NCBI GenBank assembly: GCA_028534125.1
Contig: CM052817.1
Coordinates: 684,001-748,000, forward strand
DNA: 64,000 nt
From: Lama glama
Taxonomy: Eukaryota
Direction: 5' to 3'
Part shown: positions 11,701 through 23,765 of the stretch, one piece after another
How positions within the stretch are numbered: position 1 is the first letter of the stretch
Layout of the letters: each line of letters starts with the position of its first letter
Notes under the pieces: model-generated
Told to the model about the DNA's origin: nothing
The model's database searches: none
What the model saw: the letters and a program-made list of their open reading frames with translations, nothing else
Translations under genes and position numbers: made by a program

Positions 11701-14619
11701 AGGGAGCGGCCCCAGCCCAGCCAGCGGAGGAGGTGGGTGTGGGCGGCTCAGCCGCGGCCGCCCCAGCACCGCCCCCGATGGAGAGGCCGCACACTGCAGC
11801 CGCCAGCTGCCCGCACTGCGGGTGAGAACCCCAGGGCCGCCGTCTCCTCCTTCACCCGCGGCAATCAGAGAAAGGCCCCAGCCACCGACCGGCGAGGAGA
11901 CAGCCGGGGAGAAGCAGCAGTCACGCCTGGTCCCTTGTGGGGACCCCCTCCAGGATGCTGCCCGAATTGTGCTGCCCCCCAGCCCAGGAAGCACACGCAG
12001 GGGAGGCCCCGGGTTTGTGGGCTGGGGAGGGGAAGCCGCAGGCTCGGAGCCTGGGCAGAGGGCCGCCCTGTCTACGCCCCCTCCCCTGGCCCATAGGGCA
12101 GGCGCCAGTGAGCTCTCCCCCGGGCGACTGCAGAAGGCCGGAGGGGCCGTGGTCCTCAGACTCGCCTGGTCACAGTCACAAACACCTCCCAGGGGTGGCC
12201 GGGAGAGGCCTTCACCTGGGTCTCCTGAGGAAGCCCCCAAAGACCTCAAGGCTTATCCTCACCCCTCCAGAGCCCCAGCCCCAGGAGTGGGTGAGCTGGA
12301 CAGAGACGCCCAGCCCCAGAAAGCAGAGGTGGTGCGGGGAGGAAGTGCTGACGGTGGCATTTTGGGGAGAAATGACCTGGGGGAGACAGAGAAGAGGCAC
12401 CTGGGCGTTTGCCAGGGAAGGAGATGGTGGGCGAGCAAGGACAGTGGGACGTGAGGATCCCCCCCATGTAGATGCAGTACACCTCCCCCAGGAAGCCTGC
12501 CCACCCAGCAGCGACCCCTGAGCTCTGCCAGCCCTGGGAGTGGCCACTCTGCCTGTGTGACCTTCACGTCCATCCCCTCCATCACTGGGGACACCTTGGG
12601 CAGACTCAGAGGCTATCCAGGAAGCCCTGCCGAGACATGCCACTCAAAGGACCCCAAACCCAGGCTCTCCCCAGTGTCCTACCCTGTCCACACCACCAGG
12701 CCCCACCTTGTCTCCCCTGGGCTGCTGGGCATCCCCTGCTGGCCCTCAGGTCCAGTGGCCTTTGTCTCCGGCAGGAGGGAAGGTCTGGAGTTGCACTCAC
12801 TCCCTCTTGTGACAGATCTGGGGACGTGAAGCCATCCAACAAAATGTTGCAAACGACATCCGACCCACTTGCAGTCCAGCCTCCACCGTGTGTAAGGCTG
12901 AGCCCCGTTCGTGGGTTCGACCCTGTGGTGTCGGCCTCCCCCGGGGGTCTGGGGCGAGCGCTCGGGGTGGTGGGCGGTGGCATGGGGACAGCGGGCAGCT
13001 TTGTCTCCCCTTGTCACCGCCTTCAGCCCCTTCTCCGGGGGAGACACAGAGCAGCCCTGTGAAGCCATGAGTGAAGAGGCACCAGGTAGCAGCCAGGTCC
13101 TGGCCCAGTGGGGACCGTGCTGCACCTTATGCAGGTGTCACAGGGAGCGGCCCCACCAAGCGCCCGGCCGCTGGCCACCGTGCTCCCCCGGCCTCCGCGG
13201 GCCAGGCAGGAAGGCTCCACACCCACCTAAAGGTGTCTGACCAACAGGAGGAAAGTCCAGGCCAGGGCTGGTTGCAGCATCCCCAGGGGCTGAGGGCCCC
13301 CCAGTAGCCAGGGACTCTGCTCACTCACAGACCAGTGTTCTCCAGGGACCACAGCCCCAAGCAGGGGGCCTGAGGCTGGAAGCCAGCGTCGTCCCACCCC
13401 CCAAGCCAGGCCTTCAGACTGCCGTCTGGTGGGGAGCAGAAATGTAGTGTGGCCCCAGCCCCCTGAGGTGATAGGGAAACTGAGGCTGGGGTGGGGAGCC
13501 AGAGGCGAGGCAGGGCTGCCCAGGAGGATGGAACATTCCTCACAGCCACTGCCTCCCTCAGCATGTGCGGGGCCATGGGGTCTGGGACCCTGGGGGAGCG
13601 TGGGAGCTCCAGTCCGTGGATGGGTCCCCAAGGGCCATGGCTGGGTGAGCTTCTGGAAACTCCAAGGCAGGTGGGAGCTTCCCTGGGGCCCCAGGGCCCA
13701 CCCTACCTTGTCCCACCTGGCCGCCAGGCGCTCAGTCCCCAGGTCGGGAAGGAGGCTGGTGGGAGTGGGGAGGGGACGTGGACAGTGGGGCTGGGCTTTG
13801 AAGAAGGGGTAATGTGGTCGGAGCAGCACAAAGGCCTTTGGCGGGAAGGCCAAGCCCTGTCTGCATGGAGCACGTGGGACGCGGACAAATACACGGGGCA
13901 CACGTGTGGGCAGCACAGACGTGGAGCCATCAGGGGCCGGGCCGTTGGGCCAGGAAGCGGCCAGCCTTGGACGGCAAGGATGAAGGTGTGACCTCCTCAG
14001 GACAGAGGCTCCTACCTTCACCCAGCACCCACTTGTGGCTTCTGCCTAAGGGGCCTGGGGCCTATGTCCAGGACAGAATGGGAGGGTGGCAGGTGAAGAA
14101 GTGTCACTTCTGGTACCCAGGACCCACATACATGCTTACCCAACACCTGCTGTGGGTGTGACCTACCCCGTGGCCAGGCTGCAGGTCAGGGGCCACCCTC
14201 CCATACAACCTGGTCTGCAGAGCAGTTGGGGTGGGGGGCGCCTGCCTGGTCCTTCCTCCCCATGAGGCAGCAGGGGTCAAGGGGGCTGGCTGGAGGCCAG
14301 ATGTCAGGGCCCCTCCTGGAAAGGGAGCAGAGTCCCCTGGCCAGGACGCTGTGAGGGGTTGTGGCTGGGGTCAGTGCCCCTAAGTGCTGGAAAACCTTGA
14401 GGGAGCACAGAGCGAGCAGCCCTGACCGGGGCTCTGAGCCTCAGGGAGGTGAGTGATGGGTGATGAGCCCCTCGCTGGCTCTGTCTCAGGGTGAGAGGGA
14501 GACACCCAGCCCCCAGGAAGAGGGGAGGTGGTCCTGGTCCTTGGGGGCCGCGACACAGGGGGAGTCCGGCAGGGGCCTTCCCGGCGGGGCTGCGTCAGCC
14601 AGCACGGAAGGCGCGGGAT

Positions 14620-15075
14620 CAAAAGATGTTCTGCAGAATATTGACGCCGCACCTCCGCCCGGGGTGGCTCGGCCCAGAAATACAATATTCGCTGGGTCTT
14701 TTTCATAAAGGCCTTTATGGGTTTGGAAATTTAAACGCCACAGAGCCTGCGTTGAATTGGAAAGCAAAAGTCTCTAAGCCTGTACATCTTAGAGAGAAAA
14801 AAAATTCAATTAAGTGGGGTTTTAGCTGTTTCAATAAAATTGGACTCTCCCTGTTCACGATAAGAGCTCTCCGGCTCACAGCAACCTCTGCGAACCACTC
14901 GTCTCCACTCCTCCCGACGCGTAATCCTCGCTCAGAACACAATGCCCACAACAGGAAATCAATGTATAGTCGAATCAATTTGAAAATGTAAAATAAACTA
15001 ATATATGAGTGGAAAATCGACTTCCTATGGATTAAAGGCAACACAAATCGTAGAAAAGTCTAGCTTTTTAGCAGG
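14620..15075. promoter_or_regulatory. Candidate conserved non-coding element / enhancer
   Basis: Strong AT-rich island: palindrome CATAAAGGCCTTTATG 14704-14719, aaattcaattaag, caataaaattgg, AAATCAAT 14956-14963, gtaaaataaactaat, tggattaa. Confidence 0.65.
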
Positions 15076-15569
15076 AGGAAGTGGCTGGGGGAAGGGGCTC
15101 AGGAGGGGGCCGGCGGGTGGACTCGGTTAGCTGCAGGGGCTCTGTGGAGGGAGCACGCAGACCTGGAAGGGGCCGCTCTCTGTGGCCGCCGGGAGCCGCA
15201 GACAGGCGTGTCCTGCCAGAGCTGGGAGCTGTTTGGAGCAGCTACAAACACTGCTGTCACAGCCGTGTTCACAAGGGGCCATTTTAAAGGGTGGCGTAAC
15301 GGCAACCCCAAGCGCAGCTCCGCGTGGGGCTGAGCGACGCCCTGCCGCCCGCCCTGGGGAGCAGCCCCCGCCCGCCCGCTGAGGCCGAGGCCCGGGCACA
15401 GCAAGGACCCTGCAGTGTGGACTCTGCTTCCCGGGGAGGCCAGCACCGCCTCAGGCCTGGGGGCCCCCTGCTCCCCAGGGGGTGCGGAGGATCCACTACC
15501 TTCTCTGCGCCGCGCCTCAGACACACCGTGGGACGTACGGGGCAGTGCATGTCTACGCCCACCAGCTCA

Positions 15570-15800
15570 TCGCAATCCATTTATCCACCTGTCCACTAAA
15601 CCTCAGCCCCCCCAGCTAATTAGCCGTCCACCCACCCACCCGTTACTCCTCCACTTACCCAGCCACCAGCCCATCAGGCCACCCACGCCCAGCTCTCCAT
15701 CCCCTAGACCACCTCCCAGTGCCTTTCTCCCCAGCAACCCTCCGGCCAGCCGCCGGCGTCACCTCACACCCCAGCATTCTGCCATCCACGCACTCACCCC
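15570..15800. repeat. Degenerate (TCCA/CCCA)n low-complexity tract
   Basis: atccatttatccacctgtccac, ccacccacccaccc, gccatccacgcactcaccc. Confidence 0.55.
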
Positions 15801-16229
15801 TCGGCCTGCCGGCGCCGGATGGTGGAGCAACAGCAGGCCTGTAAGCCCCCTGTGCAGGGCTTGTTCCACCCATGGCGCTGCCACCCCAGACTGCCCACCC
15901 CGAGGACCCCCTTCTCTCCACTCCCTCAGCAAACCCCTGTGAGTGTGCGAAGGTCAACGAAGTTAAAATTGAAGATGTCAAAGCAGCTTCGGGGCCCTGG
16001 CTAGGGGCGGGCGGCCCAGCACTCTTCTGGGCGCAGGGCGTCAACCGAGACAAAATAAATAGTGACTGAGACTGTCCACACTCTCGGCCAGTGCGGATCT
16101 GGGCCGGCCTACGGGCAAAGCCGACCCCATCCAGCCCACCTTGCTGGTGTTCTGGACGGAAACAGACACATGAACGAGGCAACTTCACCCGGGGAAAGTC
16201 GTGGGGAGGGTGGCCTCCCAGGGACATGC

Positions 16230-16303
16230 CTTCTAACCCTCACCGATGCCCAGGGCAGGGGCCCTGTTGGCCCATTTTACAGAGCAGCAGACTGAGGCCG
16301 CAG
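16230..16303 (-). mobile_element. MIR SINE core fragment
   Basis: cccattttacagagcagcagactgaggc resembles the MIR core cccattttacagatgaggaaactgaggc. Confidence 0.6.
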
Positions 16304-16579
16304 GGCGATGGTGGTGTTCTCCTCTGCCTCCTTCTCCTCCCCTCCACCCAGTCAGGCTCCTGCTCAGTTGGCCTGGCCACGCTGTCTCCCGAGAGCAGGG
16401 CCCCCATCCCTCCTGGACCTCCCCACGTTTCCCAGGACTGGCAGCTCGTGTATCTAAGGTGTGAAGCTTCTGGGGCCCCCACAGCCCCACCAAGTGGGCT
16501 CAGGGTGAGCAGACCGATGCCGAGCCAGCCGACGCGCATGGACAGGCTAGTTAGTGGAGTCCACCGTTAGGCGTAAGGA

Positions 16580-16960
16580 GGGGGAAGCTCAATTTGTAAA
16601 CACTTGGTCAATATGAATTAACGCTGTCAGGATGGATTTTGGACTAGATTGGACAATCATGTTGGCTGCACCCAAGGCCCAGCAACAATAGGTAAATTAG
16701 GTCGTCATTAAATTATCATGAAGGAAAAATGCGTAATCGGCAGCAGGGCTGGTAGAAAGATGATGGTTATTTACAAAAACCGTGCCGTTTGCAAATCTGT
16801 GCAAAATTATTTGCTCCTGGCGTAGTTTTATGGAGCTATCTACACATTATCTCCGCTGGCGAGTCCCAGCCCTGCGTATTAGCTAATGTCCGTGGTTTAA
16901 TTGGAAAGAGAATGGGCCAGATTGTAAATCGCTTTTCTGTCATCTGTCTCGTCTCCACGC
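16580..16960. promoter_or_regulatory. Candidate conserved non-coding element / enhancer
   Basis: Dense AT-rich island: ttgtaaacac (FOX), atgaattaac, aacaatagg (SOX), gtaaattagg, cattaaattatc, ttttatgg (posterior HOX/CDX), ttaattgg. Confidence 0.65.
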
Positions 16961-17339
16961 TGGTCCGGAAGCGCAGGACTCAGAGGGAGGCCGGCCTGCT
17001 GGGGGCTGGCTCCGCACTGGGACCTGCCCTCACCGCGGCCTGGGTCCCTCCCTCCAGCCGCGGCTGGAAGAACGACCTTTGCTTATGTCCCGCAAACGGA
17101 CTCTGAGTGCAGAGGGCAGGAGGTGTTCAGAGACCCCTGAAACCAAGGAGGAATCAGAGGCTGTGTTTTACAGAGAAGCAGGCTTAATGGTCTTTCTCCA
17201 ATAGGACTGTCAAAGCCAGGAGGGCCTGAGAGGAGGACGGTCACTTCTCCGGCATGAAGGGCCACTCTGGGGTCCCAGCTCTCAGCCTTTCTCCCCGGAG
17301 GGCAGGCGGCAAGAGGGACAGGACCAGGACCACACCCTC

Positions 17340-17590
17340 TGATCGGCAACATTTGTTTTCTTTAACTGGTCTACTTGTTTCATCGCAATATTTGTATGGG
17401 TTAAAAACACGATGAGCGTAGACAGGCTTAACATCAAAAGCCCAGGCGTGGCCGGAGCCGGGGAGCTCCTGCTGTGTCTTCCATCAGTCTCCTTCGCTTG
17501 TGGCGTCAAGATGGACGTGCTGAAGCTCAGACCCAAAACCTGATGTGCGGCTTTCAGAATTACATGCGAGTTGAATTCCCCAGCCACAGT
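17340..17590. promoter_or_regulatory. Weaker candidate non-coding element
   Basis: Non-repeat AT-rich patch with retained CpGs (catcgcaatatttgtatgggttaaaaacacg, aacatcaaaag, cagaattacatgcg). Confidence 0.35.
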
Positions 17591-18524
17591 CGGTGCTCCT
17601 GCGGCGGCACAGAGACATCTGGGTGGACTCAGGTGAGCATGGGGACTTCTGACCCCAAGGCCTCCCCTGGCAGCAGGGATGTCCCCACACCAGCATCCCG
17701 GTCCACCCGCTTCGCTCCTGACCCCTGACTAGAACCAGAGCTGGCCACACCGGAGACACCGTGATGTCTCCTCCGAGTGCTGATACCGAAGCAGCAGGGA
17801 GGGCGGCACAGTGCTGCGGGCAAGGGTGCAGGGCAGGGGCATAGGTGTGGACGTGGATCACGAGGGGTTGCAGCAGGGACAGGACATGGCACCAGGCAGG
17901 CACACTGGCCCGGGAGTCTGGGTTTAATCTTCCCATCCAAGCAGCTGGACATGGCTCCGAGCATCCTCGTGGGCCTCTTGGGCCCCAGGGCCCTGAAGAG
18001 GGAGCCGCCAGAGCCCACCGTGCCACCTGAGGGCTGTGGAGGAGGTGACCTGTGGTCATGGCCCCACTGCACCTGCTGTGGTTCTTCCTGTCCAGCACCT
18101 CTTCCTCCCCCTCCATCCTGCCCTCCCGAGTTTTATTTTTGTGCCGCTTGACTTCTCAGCTTCAGGTGACAGAACATCAGGAGACCGGAGAGGAATGACT
18201 TGATGAGCTGGGGTCTCCCCCAGTCTGCAGCAATACGAGGTTTTGTGACATGGAGGTTAAACTCAGGGGACACACAAGGGGGTGACAATCATTTGCTGCT
18301 GTGGTCAGCTCCGCCCCACACCCTCAGCGGGACGCCCTCAGCCCTGGCTCCCGGGCACCTTGACGCCTCCCCACCCGGTTCAGCCACTGAAAGGCCTGGG
18401 CGGCGGGAGCAGAGCTCGCTTCTGGCTCCCCCCACCCCGATGGGCAGACACAGTGCGGTGGTGCCTCCCCAGGACCCTGGCCTCAAGTCTTCCCGCACCC
18501 AGGAACTTCTCCCAGTTGCGGCCT

Positions 18525-18765
18525 CTGTGTCAAACACACACATGTTCTGTTTTTCTGGAATTATCTGTTTTCAGCATTGCACATCAGCATCCTGTCCCCA
18601 TATGGAGACCCCCCCACCCCTGCCCCCCCCCCGCGGCTCGTCGCTGCTTAAATGACACTGACTTAACAAATGTCAGCATATTGCTGTGTCACAAGGGCAG
18701 TTTTTCCCGCCATGCGGACCCGCCGTGGACACTGAGTAATCGCACACGCCAGTTTGCTCACCAGA
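18525..18765. promoter_or_regulatory. Candidate non-coding element
   Basis: Several TALE-type TGACA/TGTCA (tgtcaaaca, aaatgacac, aatgtcagc, gtgtcac), ggaattatc, gagtaatcg. Confidence 0.4.
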
Positions 18766-20059
18766 CTGCGCTGAGCTCCCCCGAGGTGCCAGGGCCTGTT
18801 CCGGGCCAGGGGTGAGTCAGCAGGAAAGACTAGCCGGACACACCCACCCTCCCTGCGAGGGTGGGACGGGCACAGGTGCCGCCGGAAACCTCACATCCCG
18901 ACAGCGAAGACCAGGCCTGGAGCAAGGGAGATGGGGTGGGGCGGGCTGCCGAGGGCCACGATGGGGAGGGAGGGAGGGAAGGGACACGTGGTCCCAGGCA
19001 CAGGGGTCAGCAGAGCAAGGCCAAAGAGGCGTGAGCACCGACCCCGTGGTCAGAGAGGCCCCCAGAAGCCTGGCCATGTGGGCCCCCTTGCCCCCCGAGG
19101 CTGGGGAGATGAGCCCTAGGGGGGAGAGGCAGATGTGGGGGGACCGAGGCCTGCAGCAATGGAGGCGGACAGGAGGCTGGCCAGGGGCTGGAAAACCACG
19201 CCCCTGGGACTGACTGAGGGGTGGCAGCGAGGGGGAGCAGGTGGGGCGGGCAGGGTCTGGTGTCAGCCACGTCGGACACCCAAGTGGAGAGGTCAGGAGG
19301 CCCCAGCTGCACTGGCCTGGGACTTGGGAATGGCTGGTGGAGGAATGGCTGGGCTGTTGCCACCAGTCACCTGGGAGGTCAGAGCCAGGATGGGCTCAGG
19401 GTCAGGAAGGGACCCGGGGACGGAGCTGGGTGTTCTGAACTTGGGAGGGGATAGACAAAGGGACAAGAGAAATGGCCACAGGCAGTGTGGAGCCTCAGGA
19501 GAGGCCCGAGGGGGCTTCAGAAAGGGAGCCGTGTGTGTGCCCCTGTGCGTGTGCTGGTGGGTGCCTGCGTGTGGGCCTCCACGTATTCCACGTCAACCTC
19601 TCTGCGCGTCCACACGTCGTATCTGTGCCTCACACGTGTCCACGTGATCTGCCCGTGCGACTGTCACTGTTACCTGCCACGTGCGTCCACATGTGTCCGT
19701 GTGTCTGTGTGTCCACATCCACTGGGGTGCACGTGTGTCTGGGGGGGCAGCAGGGGAGGGGATGGGGTCAGGATCCCAACGGCCACCCAGACTGAGCCGA
19801 CCTGGGCCCTGAGGGTCTAGACCTGCAGGACTTGGTCAAGTCAGGTTAAGGCCACTTAAGGCCTGGAGCACGGGTCCGAGGGACTGTGCCGAGTCCCCCC
19901 GTCGGGGGTGACCATGGGGCCCCTCCTGGCCACCATCCGGCTGCCTCTGTCCTGGGGCTGGGAAGCGGGGCCGGGTGGGGCTGGGGGCCGAGCTGCCCAA
20001 GGACTGGAAGCCAAGCACCCCCGGGCCTCCCCTCCCAGCCAGCCAGGCGGCCAGAGTGT

Positions 20060-20670
20060 TGATGCTGCGTGACTGACTCATTGATTGCCTCGCTGGGGTT
20101 AATTAATTAATTAGGGGCGGTGGATGCCAGGGGCTGGGCCTGGGGTGGGATTCCACCACGGGGAGCTTTATTAGTACATAAAATGAGTGTTTAAAACCCA
20201 CACGGACACGAGTCTGCTGTTGAGGCTTTTCATTAAACAAACCTATAAAATTACTTGCCTCATTATGTATTTTTGCGACTTCCTCTGACTTCCCTGCTCC
20301 TGCCCCACCTGCCTCCCACAGCCCGCTCTAAGTGCCTATTTGAAATCAATTTCTCTAATAATGGACTTAATGAGCTCATCAATTAGGGCTGCCATAACCA
20401 AATGCAGCCGTGCTCCGCGGTTATCAGGTAAACTCTGGAACTAATTTCCATGCTCCATCTATCACCGGGGTGCCCACAACACTTGGCTGCTGGCTCCAGA
20501 ACGACAGGGGACCCGGGCCCTTCCCACGGCCGAGAGGGGCAGCCTGAGAGGACAATGAGGACGAGCCGCCCGCCCGGGCCGGCGCGGCTGGGCTCGAGGC
20601 GCGGCCCAGCCTGGAGCAATTAGCGGTAATGGATGACGCGCTCGGCCCAAGATAAGATGATCGTTCCACA
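20060..20670. promoter_or_regulatory. Candidate conserved non-coding element / enhancer (large)
   Basis: AP-1 TGACTCA 20074-20080, TTAATTAATTAATTA 20099-20113, tttattagtacataaaa, AAATCAAT 20343-20350, near-palindrome 20367-20382, ctaatttcc, caattagcggtaatgg; CpG-rich patch at 20520-20720. Confidence 0.65.
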
Positions 20671-21234
20671 CGGAAGAGCCCGTCACGCCTTCCTACCTCT
20701 GCTCGCGGCTTCGGTTTCCACAGGGCTGCCCCGGCCCTCGGCCCCTCCCTGCAGTCCTGGGCTACCTCCACTGTCTGCCCCCAGCCCTGCACCCCAGCCC
20801 GGCCTCTGGCTGAGCCGGCTTCTCGCTGCTCCTTTTGCCTCGAACCGCCTGGCAAAGTCTGGTCAGCCCCTGGGCCTGGCGTGGGCAGCCGGTGCAGTCA
20901 CCCCAGGGCGCCCTACACCAACCTGGACCGCCCTCACATGTGAGAAAACAGCAGAGCAGGTGGAGGGGGCACCAGGAGAGTGGGGAGTGCGGCAGGGGGC
21001 TGGGGCTTTGGGTGTAGGGGAGCTGGGGGATGAAATGGAGGCCAGGGGGAGCAGGGTTGCTGGCTGCTCGGGGAAGGCAGGTTCTTCCTGGCCCCACCCC
21101 TGCCCTCCCTCCTCCCCCAGCCCCTCCCGTACCCCTCCCCAACCCAGGACCAATTTGGGGCACCCTCTGCCGAGATTGGGGGAGGTGGGGCCAGCCCCTC
21201 CTGGCGGCTCAAGGCGCCCCGTGTAGCCGCTTAG

Positions 21235-21330
21235 CCTGCTGCTCCTGGCAATTTGTCATAATCAGCCCGGCTTTTCTCATTAGCAAAAAGCCATTAACCG
21301 GCTTTATCAGCAGCAGTGAAGAATCGAAGC
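21235..21330. promoter_or_regulatory. Short candidate non-coding element
   Basis: caatttgtcataatcagcc, ctcattagc, ccattaacc and tttatcag within ~90 bp of otherwise GC-rich DNA. Confidence 0.45.
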
Positions 21331-21639
21331 CCTGCGCACCTCCTCCGGCCGCCCTCGGGGTTGCCCCCACCCACCCATCATGGAGTCCCCAGCTGTAGAG
21401 CAAGTAACAACCTGGCCAACCAGTGTGACCTGGCACGGAGTGGGGAAGCGGCTCAAATCCTTGAACCCTCTGCCCCAGCCCTGTCTGTCCCCAGCTTTCC
21501 TGCCCTGGGCACACCCAGGCCCAGAACTTGGGGTGAATCGATCTGGGGTCCCAGGAAACGGCCCCAGACTCACTGAGCTGCCCAGAAAGGGACAGTCCCA
21601 TGGGCCCCAGCCCTGTGAAGTCCCTCCCACAGCTCAGGG

Positions 21640-22200
21640 GACAAGGATTTGAGGGCACCTGCTATGTGCAGGAGGTGGCATGAACAGGTCAAGAAGTCCA
21701 AATGCCTCACTTGTCCAAGGTGACCAGGACTGGCGTGGACATGAAGCACAGGGGGATGGCCACACAAGAATGGTCCCTGCCTGGCTTGGGGCTGGGGTGG
21801 AGCCAGCAGGGACTCTGTGCAGAGGGCCATGACCCAGGAGACAGGTGACAGTGGGGGAGGGTGACACTGTGGAGCCCACAGCTGTGTGGGGGCACCCCAG
21901 GCTCGGTCTGGGGCACCTGGAGGTGAAGAGGTCGGGAAGAGGAGGAAAGAGCCGGCGGGGCGGGGGAGAGGACATTGGAGGAGCATTTGCAGGAGGAGGG
22001 AGAGGTCCGGTGGGCCAAACGACCCTGAGACGACCCTGTGCTGCGGTGGAATTTGGGGCTGGAGGCTGATTTGCCCGTGAGCTTTAGCAATGTGGAAGCC
22101 AAACCACCCCCTGGAAGAGTGGGGGCTGGAGGGGCTGGGGGCAGGGGGGTGGCCGCAGTGGGGACAAGGTATGGCTTTGGAAGATGAGAAGGACCAGCCC
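21640..22200 (-). mobile_element. Probable L2 LINE relic, strongly GC-eroded
   Basis: atttgagggcacctgctatgtgcagg resembles the L2 3' end; ctttagcaatgtggaagcc resembles an internal L2 motif; purine-rich strand in between. Confidence 0.4.
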
Positions 22201-23634
22201 AGCTGTGCTGACCAGATGCTGGGGAGGCAGTGATGGCAGAACCAAGAGGGGACCCTGTGGGGCCCGTGGCCTGGGGAGGCCAGAGGGCAGGACCGGACCC
22301 ATGGAGCCTGCAGACGCAGCCAGCAGGGCTGAGCTGGGCCCCTCAGACTCTCCACCTGCCCCTCAGCTTCCCAGTGAGCCAGCCTGCCTGTGGACAAAGA
22401 CCCCTCCCCACCCCAGCTCCACACCCTCCTGCAGTCCTGTCCCCTCTGCCACCCACAATAGCTGGGCCAGAGTCGGGGGCCACATGGCGCAAGGCCTCTG
22501 GAGTCCCTGAGGACCACGGTCTCACTCGACAGGTCCTATGTGGCAGTCATCCTTGGCTGTTCTCTGGCCCTGTCTCAGGGCTGGTGGTGGACATCCAGGA
22601 GCAGTTGGAGCCATCAGAACATCCTCTCCTCCACCTTCGTGACCCCGGGCAAAGGTGGGCCGTCCAAAGTCCTGCCCCTTGGAGTCTCCAAGACCTGGCA
22701 GCTCACCACTCACTTGCTCAGAAATAGCTACATTAATGCCAGGTGGGAACACGCCCACTCAGGGGAGGCTGCTCCTGCAGACTGTCACCTGTTTCAGGAA
22801 AGGAGGGGGCAGATGCCCCTGAGTGGGTGAGGGTTCCCGCCTCGACTGGATTCCTGGCATGGCCCTGCAGAAGACCTGCAGAGTCCCTTGGCCACAAATC
22901 AACCCCTACAAACCGGATTTGCTGCGACTCACTCAATGACCCCTCAGCCAGATGTTGACGAAAACCCTGGTGTAGGAATGTTGCTCTTGGTGTCCTTGGA
23001 GATGGCTGAGACCACCTTCGGACTGTGCACAAGCCTGGGCAAGGCTAAACTGTGGACCTGGATGCACCCTGCAGCGGTCAGAAGCCCTGCCTGTTACCCA
23101 CGAAGGCCCAGGTGGGGCAGGCAGAGAACAGCGTTCTACGGTGCAGAGAAGTGCGAGCCAAGTCACACGCGGGCCAATACCCAGCAGCTCATCCCTGGTG
23201 AGTGCAGCCGAGGCGCCTGGGGGCCTACAGTCCCGCACCGGGCAGGACTTCAGACCCAGAAAAATGACCCTTCTGGCCCCGGGGCTGGAGAGAGAGGGAG
23301 CTTCACATGCAGAGGAGGAGCACCTGCAGAAGGCAAGGGCGAGTCTGGGCAGCAGGTGCAGCTGCTGCCTGTCCTGGGGACAGCTGGGGACAGGATGGCA
23401 CTTCGAATTTCTCCCAGGGGTTGAGAGAAGATGGGTTACTCTACCGGTGCTGGGGCCACAGACTCTATCAGACCCCATTCCCAGGCAACAGGCAGGAGTG
23501 GGGACAGTTCACGTGCAGGATCAGGAGGCGCTCACAGCAGGGTCTCAGCCCACACACGTCCCTGAGTGCCCCTCCCCTGCGCAGGGGGAGGTCGTGGCCT
23601 AGACTGCCCGAGTCCACACTGCGGCTGAGCCCTC

Positions 23635-23765
23635 CTTGCCTTTGCTTCCCTGATTGTGGAAAGAGGGTGGTGGAGACTTCAGGGCTGTGAGGGCCACACA
23701 AGATGGCATACAAACAGCTCTAAGAGCCACACATGGTGCAGAGTGAAGCTAAGTAAGTGTTAGAG
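23635..23765 (+). mobile_element. MIR SINE 3' half
   Basis: cagggctgtgaggg...ctctaagagccacacatggtgcagagtgaagctaagtaagtgttag follows the MIR 3' consensus. Confidence 0.55.

Noticed and set aside
22880..23200. Possible L3/CR1 or other ancient repeat relic
   Set aside because: Similarity too weak to call by eye.
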